A program made the translations under genes and the position numbers. 64,000 nt of DNA from the NCBI RefSeq assembly GCF_009914755.1, contig NC_060935.1. One strand, given 5' to 3'. Source of the DNA: the human T2T-CHM13v2.0 reference genome, Homo sapiens. The stretch's first letter is position 1. Every line of letters starts with the position of its first letter. This document shows, piece by piece, positions 45,618 through 61,345 of this stretch. Below the pieces are notes generated by a model, which was given only the letters and a program-made list of their open reading frames with translations, was not told the DNA's origin and ran no database searches.

Positions 45618-47847
45618 CTGCCAATATCACATTTGTACAAGATAGTAAAAATTAAGCCTTTAAAAATCATTATTTTTATCTCTCATTCATGCTGTATTTT
45701 AGTTTCAGAAAAATAACGATTAAAATGGTTTAGAGTTTACAAATATGCTTTTTTAAAAAATTATGTAACCGAATTTTACTGCACGAGTTAGGCCAGAAAC
45801 TTCTGTAAATTATTATCCACCAGGCAAGAAAAGAGTATTTGCAGACTTCCCTCTTATCATCTTATTAATAACACCAATTGCAAAATTTAAAGGAGTCCCC
45901 AGTGAGCCCAAAAGTAAAATTTCAAAGAAAGGCAGTCTCTGATGAGAAACATATTTTGGAAAACTGCAGAATTTGAATGCCTGAGGCAGCATCTTTTATT
46001 TAAACAAAATAAATCAGGTTTCATTGGACCAACTGCCAAATTGCCAGGGTCTCTCATATTTCAAAATGACCATTTATATCAGTAAGGTAAAAAATTCTGT
46101 TACTGAAAAGGAAAGACACTTTGAATATGTTTGGCTCTTCTTTTTAAATTGTAGGTAGCTTTACTATATTAGCTGGGAAGGGAAGAATGATAACGGAGGG
46201 AAAAGGTGAGTGAACCTCGGAAGAGAAATGTGAAGGAAAGCTAGTTTGATGGGTAAGATACCTCTTGGTCTTCAGAATCTACTCAAAAGAGAATCCATGC
46301 AAATGAATGTTACTTCTGTATATGTTGAATATACACTTAATTTCCTGAAATGAGAATTTTATCGAGCTTCTGTAATGATACCTTACCTTTAAGCAAAGAG
46401 AAAAACAGAGACTCCAAACAGAAAGCATTAAATAAGTGAATGAAGATGATCAATACTATCACATCTTTGTGTTTCATGGTTAATATAAGATGCACATACA
46501 TAGCTATGTTATCTGCCAAAGAATATATATTAAAGACAATAATCCATATTGCTTGTGTTCTTTCTCTAACACAGTAACTCTATAGCTAAAAGTACTTTGA
46601 TGATGCCATTTGACTTTCTCATCAGAAGAAATATAGTTCCTTCTAAACTTTGAGGTTAATTCATACTCAAGAAAAGATTCATTCTAGAAATCACCTACTT
46701 GCTGTATAAACAATGCAGGTGGTAGTTAACACTTTACAGATTTGAAAGGCAGTGGAACCCCAGGTCATTATTTGAAATTCTACCAGGAGGGATCCATTCT
46801 TGGGTGTAAAACATCACTCCTCTTCGATGTTTTCTTTTATATGGCAGTTTGGAGAGCAAAGATTAATAAGCCGAAAAATAATTATTGAATATCTACCAAA
46901 ATGCAAGCACCTGCTAGGAACTGTGCTGCCACCATTTCAAATAAACATGGTCTCTGCTCCCAAGGAGCTCACAATCTGATGAAATTACTAGGGACACCAA
47001 AAACAAGCCAGCATAATACACGATTTGAGGGCTACAGTGTATGATTAAGATCAAGTTCTTATCACACTGCTATGAATAAATTTATCATAGTTCTTCTATT
47101 GGCAGGAAAACAAGACAGAACATGACAGAAATAGGATATAAGAAAATAAACATAAAGAGAGGAAAGCCTATTTCCCCCACTTAGAATCACAGTCCAACAG
47201 TCCACAATTTCGCAAAGTGGATCCTGCCAGCATGGTATCCGGGATAACTATATTATTCATTAAAATCCGTTAACAATGAAGGTTAATGCAGCAGGAATGA
47301 GTGGTAGACAGTGGAATAGATCCTCTCAGGAATTAACACCCGGAAGGGTGACTTTCATGATTACAAACCTCTTTGGCGGGACGCAGGAACCCAGCGCCCG
47401 CTAGCCCACTAGTCCGTCACTCTGCCTCCAGGAGGGAGGGGCACAGTAGCTAGGAAACCGGACCCTCAGGCCAAGCTTCGCGATGACGCGCGCAGGACGA
47501 CGGAAACCCCCAGACCCCAAAAGAGCTCTGCACCGAGAAAACAATTACAAGGGTCTGGAAAGGCCAGAAACCCGAGAAATCACCAACCGAGCTCCCTACA
47601 TCAGTTCCAAGCACCTCCCCAAGGCGGAAATAACGGGCACCGCGCCCACTGCAGCTCAGCTGAGGAGGGTTAGAGGCGCAAAGGGCTGAGGGGCGTTCTC
47701 CGGCCCACCCAAAGAGCGCCCGCGGGAATTTTTCTCTTAGTCCGCGAGGAGGCACGGCTTCCCCCGCCCCTCTCATAAACCATTAGCACCGGGAGCGCGA
47801 GCGAGTCCCAGCCGGGAGACAGCCCCGCACCGCCCTCGCGCTCTCAC

Positions 47848-47915
47848 CTTTCAAAGCGCCTCCACCTCTGCCTCCGCCTCCGCCCCTGCCCCGGCAACCA
47901 GCTCAGGACAAGCGA
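47848..47915 (-). other. CCDC82: CCDC82 non-coding exon 1 (5' boundary approximate)
   Basis: Consensus donor AAG|GTGAGA at 47848/47847 inside the CpG island. Confidence 0.75.
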
Positions 47916-47994
47916 TGCTCCTCCCCCCCTTCCGGGGACCAAGGGAAGTCCCGCCTCTGGGTGGGGCGAGGGGTGGGGCCAGGCGGCGGGAGGG

Positions 47995-48077
47995 ATCATC
48001 TTCCGGGAGCGTGGCTAGGGGCGGAGCGACTGCCGCGCGATAGTCAGGGAGCTGTGCGGGTCCTGGTTGCAAGAGAG
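47995..48077 (+). other. JRKL: Candidate JRKL non-coding exon 1
   Basis: Donor-like GAG|GTGGGG at 48077; downstream strong acceptor (long pyrimidine tract, CTGCAG at 48481-48486). TSS approximate. Confidence 0.5.
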
Positions 48078-48626
48078 GTGGGGAGAGGGGCCTGGCGGGT
48101 TTTGAGGGACTGGGAGGACTGTCCCGGCTAAAGCTGGCGCGGGAAACTGGGGCTGCGCGGCGGGAGGGCCCTGCTGCTGGGGAAGGAATCTAATATATCC
48201 GTTCCCCTGAGGAAGGGTGCCAGTCCTTGACTCCTAGGCTCTTCGGCTCTCTGTCGTAACTTTGGGGTGTGGCAGGGGTTAGTGACGCGCGGTTACCCGG
48301 GATCTGGACGTGCAGGAGGTTCGTGGCCACAATGGGGGTATAGTCTTTCTCACGGCTGCTGGGGTAATAAAACACATGCTTTTAATCCGGATTATCCGCG
48401 GTGACATGGGGCCTCCGCTACTGCCCGTATAAGTTAAAGAAAGGCCTGTTCTCTCAAACTTCCTCCTCTTTCACCTTCTTCTGCAGTCTATTTGCCAGCC
48501 AACCCCAGCCCGGGAGGGGATCAGGGCCACCAGGTTGCTGGTAAGGATGAAAGACTGAGTGTGTTAAGACTGTTGAAGTGAGCCTGTGTAAGAGAAGGAA
48601 GGATTTTGTGGATTGCTACATTGTGA

Positions 48627-50228
<1,602 letters not shown>

Positions 50229-51540
50229 TGTCATTTCAATTTTATTGTTCTGCTCATTGTGTTTGTGACAAACTCTTTGCAATATGGCTTAATTTTCTTT
50301 GTGTTCTGAATTCTCAGACTTGGTCCTGTGAAATACAGGCACAAAATGTATCTGAAGTGGTTTGAGGATTATGTGTTTTCATCATCTGTGTCTTTTGTCC
50401 TTTTATTTGTACAGATAATCAGAAGATGATACTGAATAGATATAAATTACATGTACACATGTATTCACTTTTTAGAATCTGCAATTATACCTTCTGTAAC
50501 AGTGGCATTCCCTTAATTTTCTAGTGAAAGTTAGAGATAACTGAACAGACTGAAGCACTTTTCTGAAATCTTTTGCTTGATTTATGAAGGCTGCCATAGT
50601 TATCTTTTCTTGTGTTAACCATCTTAAATGATGTTTTGTATATTTTAATAGACTGATAGGATGAGAAAGATTTATATTATTAGATTTCAGGATGATTTAT
50701 AATAATTCAAAAATGAAATTCAATAATGGGGAAATAATTATGAATTATAGAAATTATGCCTTCATTCTCTTACATTTGTGTGGGTTGCAAGAGGGGGAGA
50801 TTATTCTGGAAATGAAGTAAATATGGGAAGTTATTGCCAAATGAGAGAGAAACTATGGGAAAGCTGATCTATAAAGAGGCATTCTGATCAATTCATTTGT
50901 AGGAAACTGGGAAATAAAAACCTGGGGAACTTTAGGTTATTTATACAAAGGGAATAAATAGGCTGATTTTAATTTGGTAAGTTGATCTTTTTATTATGAA
51001 TTTGGTAATAGTATAGGTTTATTATTTATTCATCTAATTTTATAGTACAGGTTTTGTAATGTTACATGTGATGATATGAGCTCCCACCTTATATGGGGGA
51101 ACATCTTGGGAATTTGAGATTTAATAAGTTTTTTTTTTTTTTTTTTTAGTGTTTTTACTGCATACTCACAAATGTTGTCTATAATTTGAAAAATATTGTC
51201 ATATCTGGCCCTTTGATGAGAAAAGGAAATTACAATAATAAAGTTTTATGATTTTAAATAAGTCATATGTTTGTATCCTGTTTTATGAAGAAAGCAGAAA
51301 TAATTACTGAAAGTGCCAGACACTAAGGAATATTATTGTTTATTATTTTAATACATATAAAAAGGGATTAATCTGCTAAAATGTAATCTAAATCAGAATT
51401 TTGATAAATTTTTTTTGTAAACTAAGTATGTTTATTCAAGACATTGAAACTACTTTGCACATATGAATATTAATGTAACTTGTAATTTAAAAGTAAAGTG
51501 TTTCCATGCTATTTCATGTTTTGGCCAAAAATTTTTAAAA

Positions 51541-51546
51541 AATAAA
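51541..51546 (+). terminator. JRKL: Candidate JRKL polyadenylation signal (other AATAAA at 50913, 50953, 51237)
   Basis: AATAAA followed by T-rich downstream elements. Confidence 0.6.
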
Positions 51547-51953
51547 TTACAATTGTTCTCTATTAGTCATTTTTTAAAGGTTTAACTTTTTTTGTTGAAA
51601 TACGTAACATTTTATAGTGCTTTCTGTAGAATACTAAAACTTCAAAAGTATTTTTAGTTTTCCATAATTTCTCTTATTTTCATGATAGGTGTATGTCTAT
51701 ATTTTTCAGAAGATGTGTGATGAAAGTGTTTAAAAATAGTGTTTATTGCATGAATTTCCTCAGTGTAGAGTGTGAAAAACCATCAGAAGTTAACATACAT
51801 ATTGAATCAGATAATGACACGTTCTGCTATAAAGTAAGCTGTACATAAAATAATTTTTCTAAAATGAAAATATGTACTACAGATCTTGGAATTTCTGTCT
51901 GGATTTGCACAGTTTTTAAAATTAATCATGTCAGCCCAATGCAGCTGTGTCAT

Positions 51954-51966
51954 TGCCACCTAGTGG
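51954..51966 (-). promoter_or_regulatory. CTCF consensus motif
   Basis: TGCCACCTAGTGG, i.e. CCACTAGGTGGCA on the - strand; matches the core CCAC(C/T)AG(G/A)TGGCA. Confidence 0.6.
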
Positions 51967-53522
51967 TAAAACTAACATTACTGTTAAGCTGTGTGATTTT
52001 AAACTTGAATCCCCAGTAAAAGGTTCACTGTTCTGTGGCCATAAGTGTGAATCTTGTGACTCTTTCTCTAGCCTGTAAGAGACTGCTCTTCTTTGGTTTA
52101 CAGCTATTCTCTGAAATCTGCCAACACTGGTACTCTAGCCCTGTTTTGGATCCTTCTATCCTTAATTATAAAGGCTGATCAGTAGTTGTAGCAGTTGAAG
52201 CCAAAAGCTATTTGGGTTCTGTATCTGCCCCCAAAGTTGTATATCCTTAGCTCCTAATTCCTATTCTATCAGTGCCTTACCAGAGGCTGTGTTTGGCATT
52301 CTATTTATCTATTTAAAAATTTGCCATTGGCTTATGTTCTCTCACCAGTTTCATGAATTTTTTTCTCATTGATATGCCTTGACACAATACTCTCAGAAAG
52401 CCAATAACAGTGCAATGTTTCTTACACTTCCAGTAGTCAAGAATTTTGTGAGAGCAGATATACCTAATACAAGATCATGTAGGAAATTATAATGTTGCTT
52501 TTTTTTCTGAGAGATTTGGGCTTTTTTGTGGCGAGGGGGTTGTAGAAAGTTGAATTCTTTGTCATGATGAAATCCAGTAAATTAAAAATTTATTGAGTTT
52601 TACTGTATGTCGAAGACTGCCAGCTGTGGTGGGTTTAGGAAAATATGAAAGAAAGGGAAGAGGTTGCTTTCCTTGAACATCTTGAAATCAAGGTGGAAAA
52701 ACTATACATGTTTGAAAAAAAAAAAAACCCCAAAACCATCTGCCTCAATTGTAAGCTCATATAAAAGAACCAACATAACAAGATGTGAGCTATGTAAAAA
52801 AACCATCAAGATTTAGTTGCTTATTCATTTCTCCTCTGATTTCTATTCTGTATACCCTTTACATTCTAAGCTATGCATTGGTCTTGATTTTTGCTGCTCC
52901 TGAGTGACTTCATCCTTTTCCCTTATCTGCATGTGATCCAGTCACCCTGTCTGGCTCTATGATTTATATATTCAATTGAGAAATTGGACTTAGTCTAGAA
53001 GGGAAATTAAAATTAATGCTTTGCTTCCCATCCATAGTGAACTCTCCATTAGCATCATAATGTCAGAGCCACCCAGATGGGTTAAGAAGTTCAAATAATT
53101 ATTTAACTCAGTTGTTGACATCTCTACTCATATCAAAATTATTATACCTCCTTATGCCACTCATAAGTGTCAAAATACAGCTCAGCTGCCTTGGTCTGAA
53201 GTAGCAACATTATTATCTGTATCTCTTCTTAGCCTTTCCTAATGCATACACATGCCCTTTCTTCTCTCCATTTCCTCCAGTGGGCAGTTGTAGTGGTTTC
53301 TTTTTTTTTTTTTTTTCCTTTGGTATCCTTATTGCTACTTAAGTATTAAAATTTAGTTTGTTATGATTCAGCCTTAAAAGATCATCACGCAAATTCTTTA
53401 AGACTAACGGACTACACTTCTTAGATATGTACCCTTATCTGTTTTTCCTATTGAAGTCTATGACAACTTTGTTTAATAATTAGTCTCAGGCAGTCCTATG
53501 CAATTAGAAGTTGGGATGGAAG

Positions 53523-53981
<459 letters not shown>

Positions 53982-54731
53982 TTAATACTGGAATATAAGC
54001 ATCTACAGATCAAAGACTATGGGATCAATGCTTTGCAGAGTAGTATATATTCAACAGACATATACTTAAACACTAATTGTATATCATGTATAAGACATGT
54101 TCTAGATCATGTATGGGATATATGGCTAAGACTATCTGCATTCAAGAGATTTACAATGGAAAGGAGGAAACAGACATGTAAGAAAGGGAGAATGAGTTAA
54201 GTGTTACTGGAAGAGTGCAAATGAAAGACTAATTCTGATGAGTGGCATAAGGAGGTATAATAATTTTGATATGAGAAGTAGAGATGGCAACAACTGAGTT
54301 GGCCTTCAAAAATAATATTTTCATGATGTTTTGTAATTCTTAAGATATTTTCGTAGACACTAGCTCAATGTCCAAGAGATCATCTAAAGGATACATTTGG
54401 TTGGGAAAGTAAACCTTAATTTAATCTTAGCTGCAGGGATGAATCCATTTGTTTAACTGAGAAGTCTTACTGAGGCTTTGCTTTTTCAGTCTTATTTCCT
54501 TCCTACTGTTTGTAGTCTGGAGAAATAGTTTTTGAAACCTACAAAAGCCCCCAGATTTCTGGACTTTCTCTAAGCCAAGGTATTTAACTGAATGTCAGAA
54601 TAAAGGTATGCTTTATTTTGCTTATAACTGACTAATTTTCTGAGCTCACTTCTTTCTTGTATTATTTGCTGAACACAGCAAGGAGCAAATAACGTTAATT
54701 TTCTGGCTCTTTCCAGCCACTTCCTCTAGAG

Positions 54732-54932
54732 AAGGGCTTCTTAACTTCAGGGTTATCATGATGCAGATAACTCTCTGTTGTGGGGGGCTGTACTGGATAT
54801 TAAAGGAGTCTTAGCAACATCTCTTGTCTCTACCTGCCACTTCCTCCCTGCTCCAGTATGACAACCAGAAATGTCTCCACACATTGCCAGATGTCCCCTG
54901 GGGGCAAAATTGTGCCTGTATGAGAATCACCG
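54732..54932. mobile_element. MER20 hAT-Charlie MITE
   Basis: GACAACCAGAAATGTCTCCACACATTGCCAGATGTCCCCTGGGGGCAAAAT; TSD CTCTAGAG / CTCTAGAA. Confidence 0.85.
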
Positions 54933-55597
54933 CTCTAGAATCACAAGCTTAGAGTCAGTCTGCTTTCCGAGTTATTGAAAGTAATATTTACAACATGTTT
55001 CTTACCACTATTCCATCTTTCCAGTGCCTGCTAGTTATTTCCTTGACGCATATTTCCTACTCACTAATATAATGCCACATATTTGATTATCACAACAGCA
55101 GCCCACTTCAAGATACCTATTTCTCTGTTGATTTGGGTAACTGTAGCTGATGAAACCCCCACATTTTAGAGGCTTAACACAGTAAGTGTTGTTTGTCTTT
55201 TTCTCTTAGTGGTCTTATGATATAAAGCTTTGTCAAAGCATGACTTTTTTCAAGTGATTCTTGGACCCAAGTGCTTTCCATCTTGTGATTTTGCATCTGC
55301 TAAACACTTAGAATCCTTTGCATCCAGTTGGCAGTTGGGAAAAGAGAGAATACACAGTGCACACTTGTTCCTTAATGCCCTTCTTTCAGAAGCCATATAC
55401 ATTCTTTCAGTTCACTTTCTATTGGTGAAAACTAGTCACCTGGCCCTACCTTGATGTGGGGTGGGGGTGGGATGGGTGATGGGAATGACTCCCTAACTAG
55501 GCAGCTGTTTCACAATGACAACTTTATATAATCAAAAGGGAGGCACAAATGTTGTTGAATAATTAGCCCTTTGTGAAACAAAAATAGGTACATTAGG

Positions 55598-55770
55598 GCA
55601 GTTATTCTCATAGAACCCATTCAGGGAGCTTTTATAAAAAATATCAGTACATGAGTCTTACTCGCAGAGGATCTGATTTACTTGGTCTAAAGTGACTATG
55701 GTGTATCTTTTATTTATTTTTTTTAAGTTCCCAGATATCTCAAATAATGCAGCCAGAGTTGAGAACCACA
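55598..55770. mobile_element. MER5-like MITE
   Basis: CAGTTATTCTCA...GCAGCCAGAGTTGAGAACCAC. Confidence 0.6.
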
Positions 55771-55887
55771 AGATTGCCCATTTTCAGGGCAAACAAAGTA
55801 GACGTAGGAACAAGAGAATAATGGGTTTCTTTGATGAACCATGAAATCAAGACTAGGCATAAAATAATAATGGGGAAACTAAATAAG

Positions 55888-58800
55888 TGCCGTATTACTA
55901 ATGTTTTTCCACTCCAAAACTCATGTTAAAATTTAATTGCGAATCTGATGGTAGTGTAATTTCTAGGTGATTAGGCCATGAGTGCTCCACTCTCGTCAAT
56001 GAATGAACACTATTATGAAAAGGACTTTTGGGAGTGAGCACTCTCTCACTCTTCTGTCTTCCACCATGTGATGACTCAGCAAGAGGGCCCTCACCAGATG
56101 CCAGGGCCTTGGTTTTGAACATCCCAGCCTCCAGAACTGTGATGAAATAAATTTCTGTCCTTTATGAATTCCCCAGTCTCAGGTATTCTGTTATAGTAGC
56201 ACAATGGACTAAGACAGAAATTGGTACCAAAGGAGTGGGGTGTTGCTATAACAAATATCTGAAAATGTGGAAGCAGCTTTTGAATAGTTTTGACGTGACT
56301 GCTGGAAAAACGCTGTGTTGCCAAAAATGGAGCATTAAGGGCAATATGGGTAACAGCTCAGATGGAAATAAGGAATATCTTATTGGAAACTAGAGGAAGA
56401 GCCATCTTTTTATGAAGTAGCAAAAAACTTGCCTGAATTGTGTCTATGCCCCAGGGCTTTATAGAAGGTAGCATTTAAGAGGAATGAACTAGGATATCTG
56501 GCAAAAGATTTCTAAGCAGCAAAATATTGAGAGGACTGTGAAGCTTCTCTCTCTCTTTTTTTTTATACTTTAAGTTCTAGGGTACATGTGCACAACGTGC
56601 AGGTTTGTTACATATGTATACTTGTGCCATGCTGGTGTGCTGCACCCATTAACTCATCATTTACATCAGGTATATCTCCTACTGCTATCCCTCCCCATGA
56701 CAGGCCCCAGTGTGTGATGTTCCCCTTCTTGTGTCCAAGTGTTCTCATTGTTCAATTCCCACCTATGAGTGAGAACATGCAGTGTTTGGTTTTTTGTCCT
56801 TGTGATAGTTTACTGAGAATGATGGTTTCCAGCTTCATCCATGTCCCTACAAAGGACATGAACTCATCCTTTTTATGGCTGCATAGTATTCCATGGTGTA
56901 TATGTGCCACAATTTCTTAATCCAGTCTATCATTGATGGACATTTGGGTTGGTTCCAAGTCTTTGCTATTGTGAACAGTGCTACAGTAAACATGCGTGTG
57001 CATGTGTCTTTATAGCAGCATGATTTATAATCCTTTAGGTATATACCCAGTAGTGGGATGGCTGGGTCAAATGGTATTTCTAGTTCTAGATCCTTGAGGA
57101 ATCGCCACACTGACTTCCACAATGGTTGAACTAGTTTACAGTCCCACCAGCAGTGTAAAAGTGTTCCTATTTCTCCACATCCTCTCCAGCACCTGTTGTT
57201 TCCTGACTTTTTAATGATCGCCATTCGAACTGGTGTGAGATGGTATGTCACTGTGGTTTTGATTTGCATTTCTCTGATGGCCAGTGATGACGAGCATTTT
57301 TTCATGTGTCTGTTGGCTGCGTAAATGGAGGATTGTGAAGCTTCTCTTAAGCACACATAGTAAAATGCAAGAAGAGAAATTATTTAATAATGGAATTTAT
57401 AATCAAAAGGGAAGCAGAATGTAGAGAACTGGAAAATCCCTAGCCTGGCAATGTAAAGAATGAAAAAGCACATTTAGGAGAAAAAAACCAAGGCTGTGGT
57501 CAAAGAACTGTTGCTAAAGAGATTAGTACGGATAGGAGGAAGCCAGGCACTATTAATCAAGACAATGCGATAATCACCCCAGTGGCATTTCAAAGATCTT
57601 CAAGGCTGCCCCTCACATCGCAGGCCCTGAGCTCTAGGACCTTGAGGGCAGAATAGTTTAAGGGATTGGCCTGAGGCAACTTCCAGGAGCTTACCACCCA
57701 GGGCTCCCTGGGCTCCCCTTTCCCTGCATTCTGGCTTACAACAATCCTTGACCACCCCAGCTGTGGCTCAAGCAGCCCCAGGTTTGGCTTAAGCAGCCAC
57801 TTTAGAGGGCACAAGTGGTAAACCTTGGCAGTGTCCACATAGTGCTAATTCTGCAGGCTCACAATGCAAGAGCTGTGGAGGCATGGCTTCCTCCACCTAG
57901 ATTTCCAAAGATGTGAGACAGCTTTAGGGCACAGGCAGAGACATACCACCAGCAAAGGGTTGTAACTGAGTCTCTACTACGGTAGTGCTTAATGGAGCTA
58001 CGGGGGCAGTGTCATGTTTGAGGTCCAGTAGAGCCACCAATGTGCGGTGCCAGGCTGAGAAAGCCACAGGAACCTGACTCCAATCTGTGAGAGCTGAATT
58101 GTGGGCTGTGTTTAGCTGGGGTGGGGCTGCCTTCAGCTTTGGGGGCCGCATATCCACCCTAGTATGTCCAGTCAGGACATGGCGTCAAATATTTTTCTCA
58201 AGCCTTAAGATTTGATGTTGTTTACCCTGTTGGGTTTCAGACTTACTTGGTGCCTATAACTCCATTCTTCTTGCCTATCTCTCTTTTGGAATGGGAATGT
58301 CTATCCTATGCATGTTCCATCATTGCACTTTGGAAGCATATAACTTGTTTGATTTCACAGGCTTACAGCTGGATAGGAATTTACTTCAGGATAAATTGTA
58401 CTTTGAGACTCACCCTTATCTGATTTAGCTGATATTTAGATGAGACTATGGACTTAGACTTTAAAGCTGATGCTGGAACAAGTTAGGACTTTTGAGGGTA
58501 TTGGGATGGAACAAACATATTTTGTTTATGAGAAAGACATGCATTTTTGTTGAGCCATAGACAGAACACTATGGTTTAAATATTTGTCCCTTCTATAGCT
58601 TGTGTTAAAATGTATAATAATTACCAATCTAATGGTGTTGGGAGGTGGGGCCTTTAAGAAGTATTTGGGCTATGAAAGCTCTACCCTAACGAATGGGTTA
58701 ATGCTGTTATCAAAAGGGCTTTTGGGAGTGGGCACTCTATCACCCTTTCACCTTCTGCTCATGTGGTGATACAACAAAAGGGCCCTTGCAAGATGCTTGC

Positions 58801-58904
58801 ACCTTGATTGTGGACTTCTCAGCCTCAAGAACTATGAGGAAAAAAAAATTGTAAGTTACCCAGTCTGAAGTATCCTGTTATAGCATCACAAATGGACTAA
58901 GACA
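55888..58904 (+). mobile_element. ERVL-MaLR (MST/MLT1A-like) element: LTR 55888-56216, internal region, LTR 58567-58904
   Basis: Both LTRs end AATGGACTAAGACA; internal region starts GAAATTGGTACC...GTGGGGTGTTGCTATAA; 5-bp TSD ATAAG / ATATG. Confidence 0.88.
56551..57327 (-). mobile_element. 5'-truncated L1PA inserted in the MaLR internal region
   Basis: ORF2 C-terminus and 3'UTR; TSD GAGGA(C/T)TGTGAAGCTTCTCT at 56531-56550 and 57328-57347. Confidence 0.95.
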
Positions 58905-59867
58905 ATATGCAAATAAGCATGTGCATATTTCTGTATGTGCATTTTTGTGTGTGTGTGTATGGGGGGGGCATGCAACTGTGGTATCAGAGGAAAGAACGTG
59001 GGACTCAACTATATTTGAATCCCAGTTCTACCAATTGTCATTTTGAGATTTTCCATATGGTTCATTTTACAAATACCTATTCCTGTTTCTTGTATACAAT
59101 AATCTTCTTTTATTTGATCATATTAATTTTACTTATTTAAAAGTTATTTTTTTGATTTCTATATTATCCCTGTCCCTTCCCTACCGTTTATTGAGTTTGC
59201 AGTCTTTCATAGAGTTGATACTCCAACATTTGGTAATTTTTGATTGTGTACTTCTAACTGCAGTTGCAATACCATGAAAGACTATGGTCTTTGCTTATAC
59301 AGCACACATTGGGGAAGTATAAAAACATCTGCTAAGGTTTGCTTGGAGCCACTTATAGGATAAGGAATCGATATTATATCTTGCCAGATGGAAGACTTAG
59401 AATCTGGTCTTCTGAGCTTGGGTGCTCCCCATTTTTTCTGACTTTTTGGCAGCTACAAGAGGTATCCCCCTAATAATTACACCAAGCTCTGCTCCTTCCT
59501 GAGTATAGACACCTTTTTTTTTTCCTCTCATGTTTAGTCTGGAAGGTTAGGTTATGTGTCTGAATCTTTCTGCTAGGGCTCTTATTGGTCTTGTTTCCAG
59601 CTTCACGACTTACACATATAGAACACAATTTTCTTGCACACAGTTTGTGATCATCCGAAAGTTTATCTGCCTATTTTAAGGATGTCTGTATTTGCTTCTT
59701 TTAAAAAAGAGTATATATATTTTCTATCATTTATATGATTGATGTAAGATAAGAATGAAGTATCTGCCCTCTCAACCATTTATCTTGATATCAGAAGTCC
59801 TAGCCATGTATCTCAGGTGAATCTCTAAATTTCTTTGAGTCTCATAATCTCTAAAATGGGGATACGA

Positions 59868-61345
59868 ACAGTCAAAGCAATCCTAAGCAAAAAGAACAAA
59901 ACTGGAGGGATAATAGTACCTGAACTTATAGTACAAGGCTACAGTAACCAAAGCAGCATGGTACTGGTACAAAAACAGACACATAGACCAATGGAACAGA
60001 ATAGATAACCTAGAAATAAAGCCACACAATTACAACCATCTGATCTTCAACAAAGTGAACAATAACATGCAACAGGGAAAGGACTCTCTTTATTCAATAA
60101 GTGGTGCTAGGTTAACTGGTTAGCCACATGAACAAAAATGAAACTGGACCCTTTTCCATATACCTTTTATCATATGCAAACATTAACTGAAGATGGATTA
60201 AAGACTTAAATGTAAGACCTAAAACTATAAAAATCCTACAAGAAAACCTAAGACATTCTGGACATCAGCTTTCGCAAAGAATTTATGACTACGTCCCCAA
60301 AAGCAGTTGCAACAAAAACCAAAAATAGACAAATGGGACCTAATTAAACTAAAGATCTTCTGCACAGCAAAATAAACTATCAATAGAATAAACAACCTAC
60401 AGAATGAAAGAAAATATTCACAAACTGTGCATCTGACAAAGGTCTAATAACCAGAATCCATGAGAAACTTAAATAATTCAACAAGCAAAAAACAAATAAC
60501 CTCATTAAAAATGGGCAAAGGACATGAATAGACACCTCTCAAAAGAGGACATACATGTGACCATCAAATATATGAAAAAATACTCAGTAACACTAATCAT
60601 CAGAGAAATGCAAGTCAAAACCACAATGAAATACCATCTCACACAAGTCAGAATAGCTACTATTAGAAAGACAAAAAATAACAGATGTTGGTGAGGTTAT
60701 GCAGAAAAGGAAATGCTCATACACTGTTGGTGGAAATGTAAATTAGTTCAGCCACTGTGGAAAGCAGTTTGGAAATTTCTCAAAGAACTTAAAACAGAGC
60801 TACTGTTCAACCCAGCAATCCCATTACTGGGTATATATCCAATGGAAAATAAATTGTTCTGCCATACAGACACATGCATTTATATCCCAGCACTCTTTAC
60901 AATAGCGAAGACATGGAATCAACCCAGATGCCCATCAATGGTGAACAGGGTAAAGAAAATATAGTACATATACACCATAGAATACCTCACAGCCCTAACA
61001 AAGAACAAAATCATGTTCTTTACAGCAACATGAATGCAGCTGGAGGCCATTATCCTAAGTAAATTAATGCAGGAACAGAAAACCAAATACTGCATGTTCT
61101 CCCTTATAAGTGGGAGCTAAGCATTGAGCACACATGGACATAAAGATGGAAACAATAGACACTGGAGACTACTAGAGGAAGGAGGGTAAATTTGGGGTGA
61201 GGGTTCAAAAACTACCTATTGAGTATTATGCTCACCATCTGGGTTATGGGATCATTCATACACCCAGCCTCAGTGACACACAATTTACCCATGCAACAAA
61301 TCTGCATATGTACCCCCGACTGTAAAATAAAAGTTGAAGAAAAAT
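59868..61345 (+). mobile_element. L1PB-like 3' fragment
   Basis: GCAATCCTAAGCAAAAAGAACAAA...; ORF2 remnant [14 protein letters not shown]; 3'UTR with AATAAAAGTTGAA. Confidence 0.9.

Larger units (their letters stand above)
47370..48430. promoter_or_regulatory. CpG island / bidirectional promoter for CCDC82 (-) and JRKL (+)
   Basis: High GC and CpG; GC boxes; ETS-like TTCCGG/GGAAGT (47930-47950, 48001); E2F-like GCGCGGGAAA (~48137); divergent genes on each side. Confidence 0.92.

Noticed and set aside
47450-47776. 108-aa minus-strand ORF in the CpG island
   Set aside because: GC-rich DNA is depleted of stops; weak Kozak context, intronic, no recognisable domain.
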